Origin: a phage
Length of the DNA stretch: 64,000 nucleotides
Assembly (NCBI GenBank): GCA_012646185.1
Contig: GCA_012646185.1_4706.1
Reading direction: 5' to 3' (one strand)
Position 1 is the stretch's first letter, and each line of letters starts with the position of its first letter. The position numbers and the translations under genes are program-made. Shown piece by piece: positions 49,067-58,142 of this stretch. Below the pieces are notes generated by a model. It worked only from the letters and a program-made list of their open reading frames with translations. It was not told where the DNA came from and made no database searches.

Positions 49067-49593
49067 TTAACGACAGCTTCCTCCCTCGGAGTTTTCGAGG
49101 GAGGTATTTGCCGTTTGAACACTTTCAGCATGTTCGCAAAATCAGCAGCAATAATACAGGCCGAGGTTGATAGCTTATTACTGAAAATGAGATCGTCCGG
49201 TAAACAATCGAACTGAATACCGTATTGCGTCTTTGTCTCATCAACGATCAATGACGGTGTCGATCTTGTCTTCGCGATGTCGGTGATATACAAACGTAGA
49301 AATAATTCACCGTCTTCGCTATCCATAAAACGATAAGCGTTACCAGAAAACGCAACATGCGGCGTAACGATAAATTGAACACGATCGTCGGTCGGATGGA
49401 TATTTAACCAACGTTCGATATCATTACTACTCACATTTCGCATATTTACTACGGTAAAAGCAAATAGCGTATCGTGATGTTTGGAATAATGCAGCACGTA
49501 CGCCGCACCTTTCTTTTTGTGAATCCCTTCAATGTATTCTATTGTCGTATAGCCAGATTTATATAGCTTTACTTGCGGTTTATCACTCATCAT
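49057..49593 (-). CDS. hypothetical protein
   Basis: Start moved to ATG (MMSDKPQ) that overlaps the stop of the upstream ORF (ATGATGA arrangement). Confidence 0.45.
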   Translation of the reverse strand: MMSDKPQVKLYKSGYTTIEYIEGIHKKKGAAYVLHYSKHHDTLFAFTVVNMRNVSSNDIERWLNIHPTDDRVQFIVTPHVAFSGNAYRFMDSEDGELFLRLYITDIAKTRSTPSLIVDETKTQYGIQFDCLPDDLIFSNKLSTSACIIAADFANMLKVFKRQIPPSKTPREEAVVNQK

Positions 49594-49889
49594 AACAACC
49601 CTTCCCGTTTCATCGCAGCACGCATACTTGCGTAAAGCGCATTCTTCATCGCACCTGGACGCAACGGATAACAAATCTCATATCGACGTCCTTGTTTTAC
49701 AGCAATTTTCCTTCCGTTCAGAAACAACGCACCATTATCCAGCAACAACTCACCTTGTAGTATCATGAGTCCTGCTTTAACATGACGTCCTTCTTCTTTC
49801 GTTAAGACCTTATAGCCGTGTTTATCCAATAACCACAATTCGTAGATACCATGCGCAGCCTTCGGCATTACTTTCTTCTTCGTCGTCAT
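49590..49889 (-). CDS. hypothetical protein
   Basis: 99-aa ORF. Confidence 0.45.
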   Translation of the reverse strand: MTTKKKVMPKAAHGIYELWLLDKHGYKVLTKEEGRHVKAGLMILQGELLLDNGALFLNGRKIAVKQGRRYEICYPLRPGAMKNALYASMRAAMKREGLL

Positions 49890-49901
49890 GGAAGATCCTC
49901 C

Positions 49902-50276
49902 TTAAACTCCTTGTCGGATCATCACCAACCGGAGCATGTTGTATTCCAATGTAGCGCTTTCTAATTCGAATTCATATCGATACCAGAAATTCGGCTCTAA
50001 TTGACCTACAACACATTTACGAACATCTGTCTGCACCTTCCTCGACAACACCTGTAACAGTTGTGTTATCTCCGGCTTGAAGTAATGCGCCAAACCTAAC
50101 TGATCAGAATAAAACAGGCCACAATCAAAGATGGCCTGTAAAATAACATATTCAACCATCAGGTGACGCGCATCGGGGTCAGGGAATGGCGAACGTAAAG
50201 CGAGATCTAACACATCGACGATTGGGCCGACATAAATGGCGGCACGGTACTCACGAATAACACTGATGTTATCCAT
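49902..50276 (-). CDS. hypothetical protein
   Basis: 124-aa ORF. Confidence 0.45.
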   Translation of the reverse strand: MDNISVIREYRAAIYVGPIVDVLDLALRSPFPDPDARHLMVEYVILQAIFDCGLFYSDQLGLAHYFKPEITQLLQVLSRKVQTDVRKCVVGQLEPNFWYRYEFELESATLEYNMLRLVMIRQGV

Positions 50277-50289
50277 GATAACCTATTCG

Positions 50290-51114
50290 TTAACTATCGC
50301 TTTCTGACGTATCGACGTAGTTGAAAATACGATCCCGTAAACACTCGTAACGAGGCAACGCGCTAAGAATGATCATCTTCAACTGCATCGCGATCGATAC
50401 ACGTTCTTCATCCGACGCATCGTCTCCCCATTTACCCGGCTTAACCTGAATGGGTTCATGCGGATCCTGCGGGAATATAAAACTTAACAACAGATAATCC
50501 GTACGGAACTCCCACACTTCTCGACCGTCGTTATCGGTTTCCTTACGCAACGTGAAGAGTTGGCGTTCGGTGGTTGGATCCAGCATCAGCGGTCGGCCAC
50601 GAACAATCTCCAGTTTACGTGGGCTGACGAACGTCGTACGTTCAGGAAGGTATTTTTCAACATCATCCGTATCCAACAAGAACAAAATGATGTCGTCAAA
50701 ATACTTCGGTGCGTACGTGTGTATCGGTTCACCGTCGCTATACGAAGAGATCTCCTGGAGTATTGGCGTCTTAGACGAAAAGTTCTGGCACGAACCACGG
50801 GTGATCGGTAAGGTGGTCCATTGATGTTCTGTAGACAATTCGACAGGCACCAACGGATAATCATCGATGAAGACCACGCACGTTGTACTAATGGGTATTC
50901 TTCCATCATTACCCGGTTCAAAAACCAAACGTATCTTACCTGTAATCAACGCCATCTCATCTGGCATTAAATGGCTTGCTGAACGGGCAAGCCTGAAACC
51001 GCTCGCCTGTTTATAAGGTTCGGGTTTATAGCCACGGACAATAAGAGACACATCCGCAAGTTCAACGCTCACAAATGCATCTTTGGTGTCTTCATTGTTC
51101 GTCGTTAACGTCAT
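50290..51114 (-). CDS. hypothetical protein
   Basis: 274-aa ORF. Confidence 0.5.
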   Translation of the reverse strand: MTLTTNNEDTKDAFVSVELADVSLIVRGYKPEPYKQASGFRLARSASHLMPDEMALITGKIRLVFEPGNDGRIPISTTCVVFIDDYPLVPVELSTEHQWTTLPITRGSCQNFSSKTPILQEISSYSDGEPIHTYAPKYFDDIILFLLDTDDVEKYLPERTTFVSPRKLEIVRGRPLMLDPTTERQLFTLRKETDNDGREVWEFRTDYLLLSFIFPQDPHEPIQVKPGKWGDDASDEERVSIAMQLKMIILSALPRYECLRDRIFNYVDTSESDS

Positions 51115-52129
51115 TGTTCATTTTCTCCATTGCAACAAATCGTTCAAGCTCGCGTAATAAACGCTCTTTTAACGCAGTATCAACTTCCGGAGCATGTTTA
51201 TCACGATACCATTCTGTCCCGTTGTATTGCAGGCTAACATGCCATGTTCCTAACGGGCTTTCCTCTGCAGCGGCGATGAAATTCTTAACGCCGGTTTTGG
51301 TAGGATACTCCATGATAGGAACAGCCTGCTTCAGATCCATCACGGTAAGATCCTGGAAGTTATAATCCAGAAGCGTTAATGCACGTTTGTCGCGTAGCAG
51401 TAACCCGCAATCCAAGATGGTGAAATCAATACCCCAGAAACGTAACTTACCTCCAACCCCAACAGGAGTATGGCCACGATAAACTGCAAGATAAATCTCA
51501 CCTTTATCGGTTTCTTTGTTGTATCCAGCAATAAAAGCGGCTGTGATTAATGGTTGGTGTCCTTTCGCTAAGAAGACAGGGTGGTTATGATACAACCAGT
51601 CACTACGAATCAGATCGGTAACCTGACCTAAACGTGCGGTTGGTACCATCACCGATCCCAGAGTTTCATCAACAGGAACCTGGTAATATTCAAACAGAAC
51701 ACCATCGATTTCTTCGGTAGCGTAAGGTGTACGTGTGGGATCGTTAAGGAGTTTACGGAGTTTTGTGTTGATTTCATTAACACGACTATCCTGTTCTTTC
51801 TCACGGCTACCGATAACAAAAGCAACAAGATTGCGTACGCTAACAAAAACATCATCTTTCTCGGTGTCGCTGAGATCAGCTTCATCCGGCATTGTTGTCC
51901 AATGTAACGGACCTTCAACGACCTTAAGCCATTTATCTTCGCGTTCAGGATAAACAAAAGGCTTATGCACAGGAACACTGGTATGCTGAACACGTAATAA
52001 CAGATTGCATAACGACGGTAATGTTTTCTCTAGAGGAGGGACAATACCTGAGGTAACGGAAATAACATAGCGGTTAAGAACAAGAGAAGCTGAATAAGTA
52101 ATGTTATCTAATCCTGGTAATTGATCCAT
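51092..52129 (-). CDS. hypothetical protein
   Basis: 345-aa ORF. Confidence 0.5.
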   Translation of the reverse strand: MDQLPGLDNITYSASLVLNRYVISVTSGIVPPLEKTLPSLCNLLLRVQHTSVPVHKPFVYPEREDKWLKVVEGPLHWTTMPDEADLSDTEKDDVFVSVRNLVAFVIGSREKEQDSRVNEINTKLRKLLNDPTRTPYATEEIDGVLFEYYQVPVDETLGSVMVPTARLGQVTDLIRSDWLYHNHPVFLAKGHQPLITAAFIAGYNKETDKGEIYLAVYRGHTPVGVGGKLRFWGIDFTILDCGLLLRDKRALTLLDYNFQDLTVMDLKQAVPIMEYPTKTGVKNFIAAAEESPLGTWHVSLQYNGTEWYRDKHAPEVDTALKERLLRELERFVAMEKMNNDVNDEQ

Positions 52130-52384
52130 GATAGGAATCCTTAGTATGTTTGATATGTTGTTTAATTGACATATTAAGTTTAAAAGAGGTTATGTTTTAC
52201 GTATTGTTAATAACGTATTCTTATCTCTATTAAGTTATGTTCTATCTAAAGATAGTAAACAGATATAATGCTCCCCACCTCCCCATTCTCCCAAGTAATA
52301 CTGGCCTACCGGCCCTCTCCTTTTTAAGGGAGAGAGTAAGCATTCAGTATTGCTCAAATGAATAAGCAAAACAGTATAAACTTA

Positions 52385-52408
52385 CCGTCTCGAGTTATCT
52401 CGAGACGG
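52385..52408 (-). terminator. perfect 10-bp stem-loop ccgtctcgag-ttat-ctcgagacgg
   Basis: Downstream of gene 52438-52791. Confidence 0.5.
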
Positions 52409-52437
52409 CGTAGTAGTATCTGTTTATCTCTTTTATG

Positions 52438-52791
52438 CTAACAGCCTATTTCTGCATGAACCTTTAACGATTCGAATACATCTTGCTTCTTTGTCATCGT
52501 CTTGTATAAACGTGATTGAGCAATGATCTTTATCCATTGTTGTGGATCGCGTAAATTCACATTTTCAAAACGGGGTGGGGTATTAGCTCCGTCGAGTCGG
52601 ATATACCCTAAGAGCAATCCTTCATGGTCTCCTCGACGGATTTCGATATGCGGTTTGAGGAAGACACGATTGTCTGGTGGATACCAGCTTACGGTGTAGT
52701 AATGGTTTCCTGAAACAACGAATTCGTGAACGGTTTTTGTCTCATCGTCAATGACCGCATTTACGTTGGGAATCATTAATTTTTGAAGCAT
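52438..52791 (-). CDS. hypothetical protein
   Basis: 117-aa ORF. Confidence 0.45.
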   Translation of the reverse strand: MLQKLMIPNVNAVIDDETKTVHEFVVSGNHYYTVSWYPPDNRVFLKPHIEIRRGDHEGLLLGYIRLDGANTPPRFENVNLRDPQQWIKIIAQSRLYKTMTKKQDVFESLKVHAEIGC

Positions 52792-53375
52792 GGGACATAA
52801 ACCTCCATCAACATCGCATAAAGCGCACCAAGCCCGTGTAGGACTTGGTTAGGTGCAAAGGTTGGTGTGTAACATACTTGTTCGGTTGGTGTTTGTTGAC
52901 GTAAGTCTAACGGATCCCCGTTGATAAGCATCTGCAGGAGATCAGCATCATCTTGCAATGTGTCTTCATCGATATACGCATCAACACAAAGCAGTCGGTG
53001 TAACTGTTCGGGTTTAATTGAAATACCTACAACCATGCAGTTGTTGTAGGTGGCGTTGTCCAGAAAGAAGTGGATGACGCCCGCTTGAGGATCGCCACCG
53101 TAGTGAAGCCAGCGCGTAAAACCAGCCGACATCATCCATAGCGGGTTGTGTTGTAACGCACTGACGACGCGGGTCTCGAAATCCAAACCAAACTTCTGGA
53201 AGATCGCACCCATCTGGAAACGATCTTCATCGAGACGGTAGCGGAATATACAAGCATCCGATCCCGATGAGTTATCATACACCGAAAGATACCCACGATG
53301 GATTTCCACGGTAACATTGTTGTCGTCAAGCGTGGCGCTCGCAACGCCGTTAGAAAAGGTTGGAACAAAGCTCAT
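52776..53375 (-). CDS. hypothetical protein
   Basis: 199-aa ORF. Confidence 0.45.
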   Translation of the reverse strand: MSFVPTFSNGVASATLDDNNVTVEIHRGYLSVYDNSSGSDACIFRYRLDEDRFQMGAIFQKFGLDFETRVVSALQHNPLWMMSAGFTRWLHYGGDPQAGVIHFFLDNATYNNCMVVGISIKPEQLHRLLCVDAYIDEDTLQDDADLLQMLINGDPLDLRQQTPTEQVCYTPTFAPNQVLHGLGALYAMLMEVYVPCFKN

Positions 53376-53923
53376 CTTGTAATCCTTAATTTACCTGAAT
53401 GAATTATCGTTGATGGGTCCACGACGCGACCGTATTTCGCGTTACGTAATACACGATGCCCAAAGAAGTCAGCGGTTTCCAAAACAACCGTGTAACAACC
53501 CAGCTGATGTTGGTGTCCCCAAAACCGTTCAATGGGAATCCAGCAGGGCGACATGCCTTTGTGTCGCCAATCCGTAACACAACCGAATTCAGCAAACTGT
53601 TCAGTAAACCACTCGTCAATGTCGGTATCCGTAAAGAGAAATACGTGGTTTTTAACCAGATAAGCGAACCCAGGATAAAAAAGCTGAGGGTCATCCGGGT
53701 CACGGAGATAAACACGAAGTTTGTCTAGCGTACCCTCGATAACGATCGTATCGGGTAATCCTGGCGGCGTGAACCGAAGTTGGAAGTTATCCTCGTTTGC
53801 CGAGGCGTTAACCAAATACCCCAATTGAAGGGGCCGATGCAATTCGAAAAGGTTGAACGTTAATGCATATTCGATATACTCTAATCCTATATTCATGTCT
53901 GACCTATGTGGTATGGACGGCAT
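53372..53923 (-). CDS. hypothetical protein
   Basis: 183-aa ORF. Confidence 0.45.
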   Translation of the reverse strand: MPSIPHRSDMNIGLEYIEYALTFNLFELHRPLQLGYLVNASANEDNFQLRFTPPGLPDTIVIEGTLDKLRVYLRDPDDPQLFYPGFAYLVKNHVFLFTDTDIDEWFTEQFAEFGCVTDWRHKGMSPCWIPIERFWGHQHQLGCYTVVLETADFFGHRVLRNAKYGRVVDPSTIIHSGKLRITR

Positions 53924-54028
53924 TGCATTGCCTTCCGCGAGTGTAATCAGGAAGGTAATGTAGGTTTATTTTAATCTCCATTTCGCGATGATATGACAGT
54001 CTTTATTACGTTTACCATCTGAGGGAGC

Positions 54029-55273
54029 ATGCTCATGTCTTCTATTTTACAGGTGTTTAATGCGCATGCGGAAGGCATTGACATCGACGAGTATTTTGTT
54101 AATCAGGTTATCCGTTACGCGACACGCTTCCGTACGCAAGACCAAGAACACATGCGTTTTTTCGGTGGGGTTCTGTTAGGTGTACAGAAAATCCGATTCA
54201 CAACAAGACATAACGATACATGGTTTTCCGACGTCTTGATGATGGATGAAGAAAGCTTACGGCGCGATTTGAGTAAACTGCCCTTCTACAATACGCAGAC
54301 CAACCGTGTTGCCTCAAACGCCTTTAACCTAAGTTGCTGTTGGTTGCTTTATGCGATCTTCCACAGCAAACAAATCAAAAAAGAAAAGGTTCGTGAAGCC
54401 GGGATGCTTGCAGCAATGCAAGTCCTCCATTATAAATTCATTTGCGGTCTGGTAGCACGACGTTATCCTTATAACGCCGATCCGGCTATCGCCATTAAAG
54501 CGTACGATGAGTTAACACTCAAATCAGGCATCAAGCGCATGAATAGCTGGAATGAGTACATCGACGAACGCTGTAATGCCATCATTGCGCGTAATAGTAC
54601 ACATTTCAGTCGTTGGTCAACCCTGGAACCTGATAGCGTCGCCGAACGTTTTGTGCGTGATGTGAATACCGGAATCCGTAAGGTTATCAACCGTATCACC
54701 GATACGTACTACGCGATGTACGAAGAAGGTAAGAAGATAGGCACGTCTTCTCAAACTGTAGAGTTAGACGATGGTCTCGCTGTTCGCGATATTAAACGCA
54801 ACGAAACCACTTATCGTCAATATCTGTTCGAAATCGCTTATGACCGAACAAGTTTCGTTAAACGTGAACTCATGGTCGTCATCCTCGACGTGCATCATAC
54901 TACCAATCTTTTATCCCTTGAGCGAGCGTTAAGCTATATCAGCGCTAACGTAGAACGACCGACAAGAGACGGAAAACAGGTCTCTCAGATGTTGCGGCTT
55001 GTAATGGAGCATGCTATCGAGTATATCATCTTGAATAAGGTCGATATGCGCGATCTTACGTTCTTATTCTACATGCGTAACGTGTACACGTCCAACCGTA
55101 CCAGCAACCCGAAACTGTTAGAACTGCGTAAAATTGGCTCTGAAGTCATTAAGAAAGCAACCAATGCGAGAAACGACGCTGAAGCTGCGGCGACACGCAC
55201 CGGTGTCTTTCTGTATATCCTGCTTCGTGTGTTTAGCCGTAACTATTACGTTCGACGTGCGATGTCACGTTAA
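54029..55273 (+). CDS. hypothetical protein
   Basis: 414-aa plus-strand ORF; gagggag before ATG. Confidence 0.5.
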   Translation: MLMSSILQVFNAHAEGIDIDEYFVNQVIRYATRFRTQDQEHMRFFGGVLLGVQKIRFTTRHNDTWFSDVLMMDEESLRRDLSKLPFYNTQTNRVASNAFNLSCCWLLYAIFHSKQIKKEKVREAGMLAAMQVLHYKFICGLVARRYPYNADPAIAIKAYDELTLKSGIKRMNSWNEYIDERCNAIIARNSTHFSRWSTLEPDSVAERFVRDVNTGIRKVINRITDTYYAMYEEGKKIGTSSQTVELDDGLAVRDIKRNETTYRQYLFEIAYDRTSFVKRELMVVILDVHHTTNLLSLERALSYISANVERPTRDGKQVSQMLRLVMEHAIEYIILNKVDMRDLTFLFYMRNVYTSNRTSNPKLLELRKIGSEVIKKATNARNDAEAAATRTGVFLYILLRVFSRNYYVRRAMSR

Positions 55274-55425
55274 CAATGTAACGGTAAAACTTTACTGACG
55301 TTGGTTATTATTTGAAGCATAGGGCTTCACCCAGGAGTACCATCCCTTTAAGTCGTTTGTCCTCTCCTGGTTAACTGTCGTTCTCTCACAGTGCTCGACA
55401 GACCAAAAATGCTCAGGCCTCATAG

Positions 55426-55454
55426 CCTCCTCTGGGAATGGAACCCAGAGGAGG
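55426..55454. terminator. perfect 11-bp stem-loop cctcctctggg-aatggaa-cccagaggagg between convergent genes
   Basis: Inverted repeat in the 190-nt non-coding region. Confidence 0.5.
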
Positions 55455-55466
55455 ACTATGTTTGCC

Positions 55467-55787
55467 TTAAAATTCAATGCGACCTTTTGTCGTAAACAAT
55501 ACACCTCTTTGCCAACAGAAAAGATCCTCCGATTGAGCGCAAACACGAATACCCGCATCGAATAGATGTTTTGTTCTGGCGCTTAAACAATCAGGATCTT
55601 CTACATACAACAGAAGACGTTGGCATTTATTTTGAATGCGTTCGACAAGGATGTTCTTATCGCTTAAAATAAAATGCGCGTTATCTGTTAAGTTATCGTC
55701 GGTTTCCAGCTGCCCGACAAGTTTGATTAAAATACGCAATTGCTCAAGTGTGTCATGATCAAGTGAATCACCCATGGCGTACCTCAA
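55467..55787 (-). CDS. hypothetical protein
   Basis: 106-aa ORF. Confidence 0.4.
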   Translation of the reverse strand: MRYAMGDSLDHDTLEQLRILIKLVGQLETDDNLTDNAHFILSDKNILVERIQNKCQRLLLYVEDPDCLSARTKHLFDAGIRVCAQSEDLFCWQRGVLFTTKGRIEF

Positions 55788-55860
55788 CGTTATACGTCGT
55801 TTGTATTATAATACGCTATCGTCTCCCCGCCTGTATTAACGGGGAGTCTGCAAACTACTC

Positions 55861-58092
55861 TTAGAAAAAACCGCCCGGACGGTATTGACCCATCGTCATC
55901 CACGCATTACGAGAAATATTCCGTTCATTCGAAGAGCGGCTTATTTGACGATAAGTATTCGCTCGTTCCTCCCTTGCTTTCGTGATCATCGCATCAATAG
56001 AAACAGCCGCTGAATCCTCCCCACGTATTTTTCCTTTATACGTAAGAAGCTCTGCCTCCAATCGATCCAAGATAAGGCCGTTGGTTTCGGTCTTAAGCAA
56101 CTCATAGATTTCAGCAACGCGTTGACGTAGCTTCGCCTGCTGTTGGTTAAGATACGCTTCATACGGATCGATTTCACCCGTTACAGATGCTGGTAAACGA
56201 CTCATGACTTTAAGTGGATCGATACCGTAATGGATCTGTTTCTTAGCACGCTTGATGAACCACATCGCTAACATCCATGCGAACGTCATGTCATCGTGCA
56301 TTCCATCCTGGTGATCAACACGCCCATCTTTGATAACCAATCCAAGGATCTCGGAACACAACATCTTATCACGTAATTGCCCGCGGGTTTCTACAATACC
56401 TTCCATCAAGATGTCGGAATACAACTCCATACGTTTGCGTGCATCCGTTGTGAAGCCTAAATGCCGTTTACGTTGAGCATACCAACTTTCATCACGCATA
56501 CTCAATGGTAATTTCAGGTCTTCGAACATCGCTGGGTTATCAGCATGTCTGTCCACAATCGTGTTGTATACGCGTTTGAACACGTCGATGCCCGCTTGCC
56601 GCAAGAACTCTTCAATCGCATCTAACAACATGATTGCGCTGCTTTTACGTTCAGGAATCAACGTAACGTTCTTAAAACGCATCATGAAGTTGGCCATCCA
56701 ACGAGCAAAAGAAAGCAGGCTCAGTTTATTAAAACGTCCCGTCGCGACAACTTCTGCTGTTTCCACATCCACCATCACCAAACCGATAGCGTCACGACCG
56801 ATCGCGTCACTGGTGTCTAAACCAGCAACCACCTTATTGTTCTGCATGTATGTCTCGATTTGACCTCGAGGTATATACCAGTTGATGCAGTAGCCTTCAG
56901 GTGAGATCTCGATATGGTCGATTTCACGTTGTCCTGCCATGATCATCTCAACCATCTCAGCGGTTAACGGGCTTTCTGCTGAACCGTTGGTCCAGATGTT
57001 CATGTAGTCGCGGTCTTTCTGAAGTTTATCACCTTCCGTTTCGTTCATGGTTTTTGCTAACCATTCATCACTGAATCCCAATTGGGCATGGTTCCATTGT
57101 GCCCCGATCCTGACGGTCGCTTTGCTGAGCTCGCACGGTACGTTGTTCAATACCGTCTGATGCAGATGCTTTTCGTTACGGCAGTCAAAGAAACTTTCAG
57201 AGAACGGCGCTGAACGCATGAAAACTTCATAAGCCCATTTGCCTTCGCGTTTATCCAATTCACCTGCTGTTGTCGTATAGATGATACTTGTCAGGTCGCC
57301 GTTGCTTAATGCTTCATCGCGTGCCGCACCCATCGCACCGATACCAGCAGGAACAATAATTTCGATGTATTTCGTAAACGCGGTTTCGTCGCTATGGAAT
57401 AGCGGGGTTGTTAGACCACGACCGATGTTTGTTGCTTGTTTCTTATCCGAACGTGGAATCTTTACCGATAACTTGTTCTTAAACCGCGTGTAGGTCACGT
57501 TCTCTTTGTTCGATGAATCGCGACTATCCAGCGTCCAGAGATATGCAGGCAACAGATCGCGTATACTACGCACGTCTTCTACCGTTTTCGTACGGGCATC
57601 ACCGTCTTTTGTTAACTGAATAACCTCGGTGTTTCGACTACGAACATAGGTTAGATAACAGAACAACCCTAACATGGTCATGGATTTACCCGTCTGACGT
57701 ATCTGTATCTGATACCAGTTCGTTCGGGTAAATATCCCCCAGAGCATCGGAATGTTACCACGGTTAGCACGGAATGAAATTTTGTTATCACCCGCTTTAG
57801 CCGGAACGCGCATCACTTCACGGAAGAAGTACCATGGATTAAGATAGCATTCCGCACTGATCATCTGAATCTGTTCTGACGTCAAATTCGGTGCGTGGGG
57901 ATCAACACCAATCAATCTTGGGTTTAATAACGCCATGAAAAACGCAGAGTTCCGGACACCGAATTCACGACGATACAAGATCGCTAAATCACGCCAACTT
58001 GTGTTTGTTGTTTCCCAGTGTGGAACAGCCTGAGGAAAATAATCCCAATCTTCCTCAAACAGGATGATTTTCTTCGGATCGACAATCGACAT
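55861..58092 (-). CDS. terminase large subunit (ATPase plus nuclease)
   Basis: 743-aa ORF; Walker A-like IRQTGKSMT, nuclease-like GLDTSDAIGRDAIGLVMVD and C-terminal VDHQDGMHDD. Confidence 0.6.
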   Translation of the reverse strand: MSIVDPKKIILFEEDWDYFPQAVPHWETTNTSWRDLAILYRREFGVRNSAFFMALLNPRLIGVDPHAPNLTSEQIQMISAECYLNPWYFFREVMRVPAKAGDNKISFRANRGNIPMLWGIFTRTNWYQIQIRQTGKSMTMLGLFCYLTYVRSRNTEVIQLTKDGDARTKTVEDVRSIRDLLPAYLWTLDSRDSSNKENVTYTRFKNKLSVKIPRSDKKQATNIGRGLTTPLFHSDETAFTKYIEIIVPAGIGAMGAARDEALSNGDLTSIIYTTTAGELDKREGKWAYEVFMRSAPFSESFFDCRNEKHLHQTVLNNVPCELSKATVRIGAQWNHAQLGFSDEWLAKTMNETEGDKLQKDRDYMNIWTNGSAESPLTAEMVEMIMAGQREIDHIEISPEGYCINWYIPRGQIETYMQNNKVVAGLDTSDAIGRDAIGLVMVDVETAEVVATGRFNKLSLLSFARWMANFMMRFKNVTLIPERKSSAIMLLDAIEEFLRQAGIDVFKRVYNTIVDRHADNPAMFEDLKLPLSMRDESWYAQRKRHLGFTTDARKRMELYSDILMEGIVETRGQLRDKMLCSEILGLVIKDGRVDHQDGMHDDMTFAWMLAMWFIKRAKKQIHYGIDPLKVMSRLPASVTGEIDPYEAYLNQQQAKLRQRVAEIYELLKTETNGLILDRLEAELLTYKGKIRGEDSAAVSIDAMITKAREERANTYRQISRSSNERNISRNAWMTMGQYRPGGFF

Positions 58093-58142
58093 ATAAACTC
58101 CTCCGATGGAGGGTGCCGGGCACCCTCCATCGTTGTATTACC

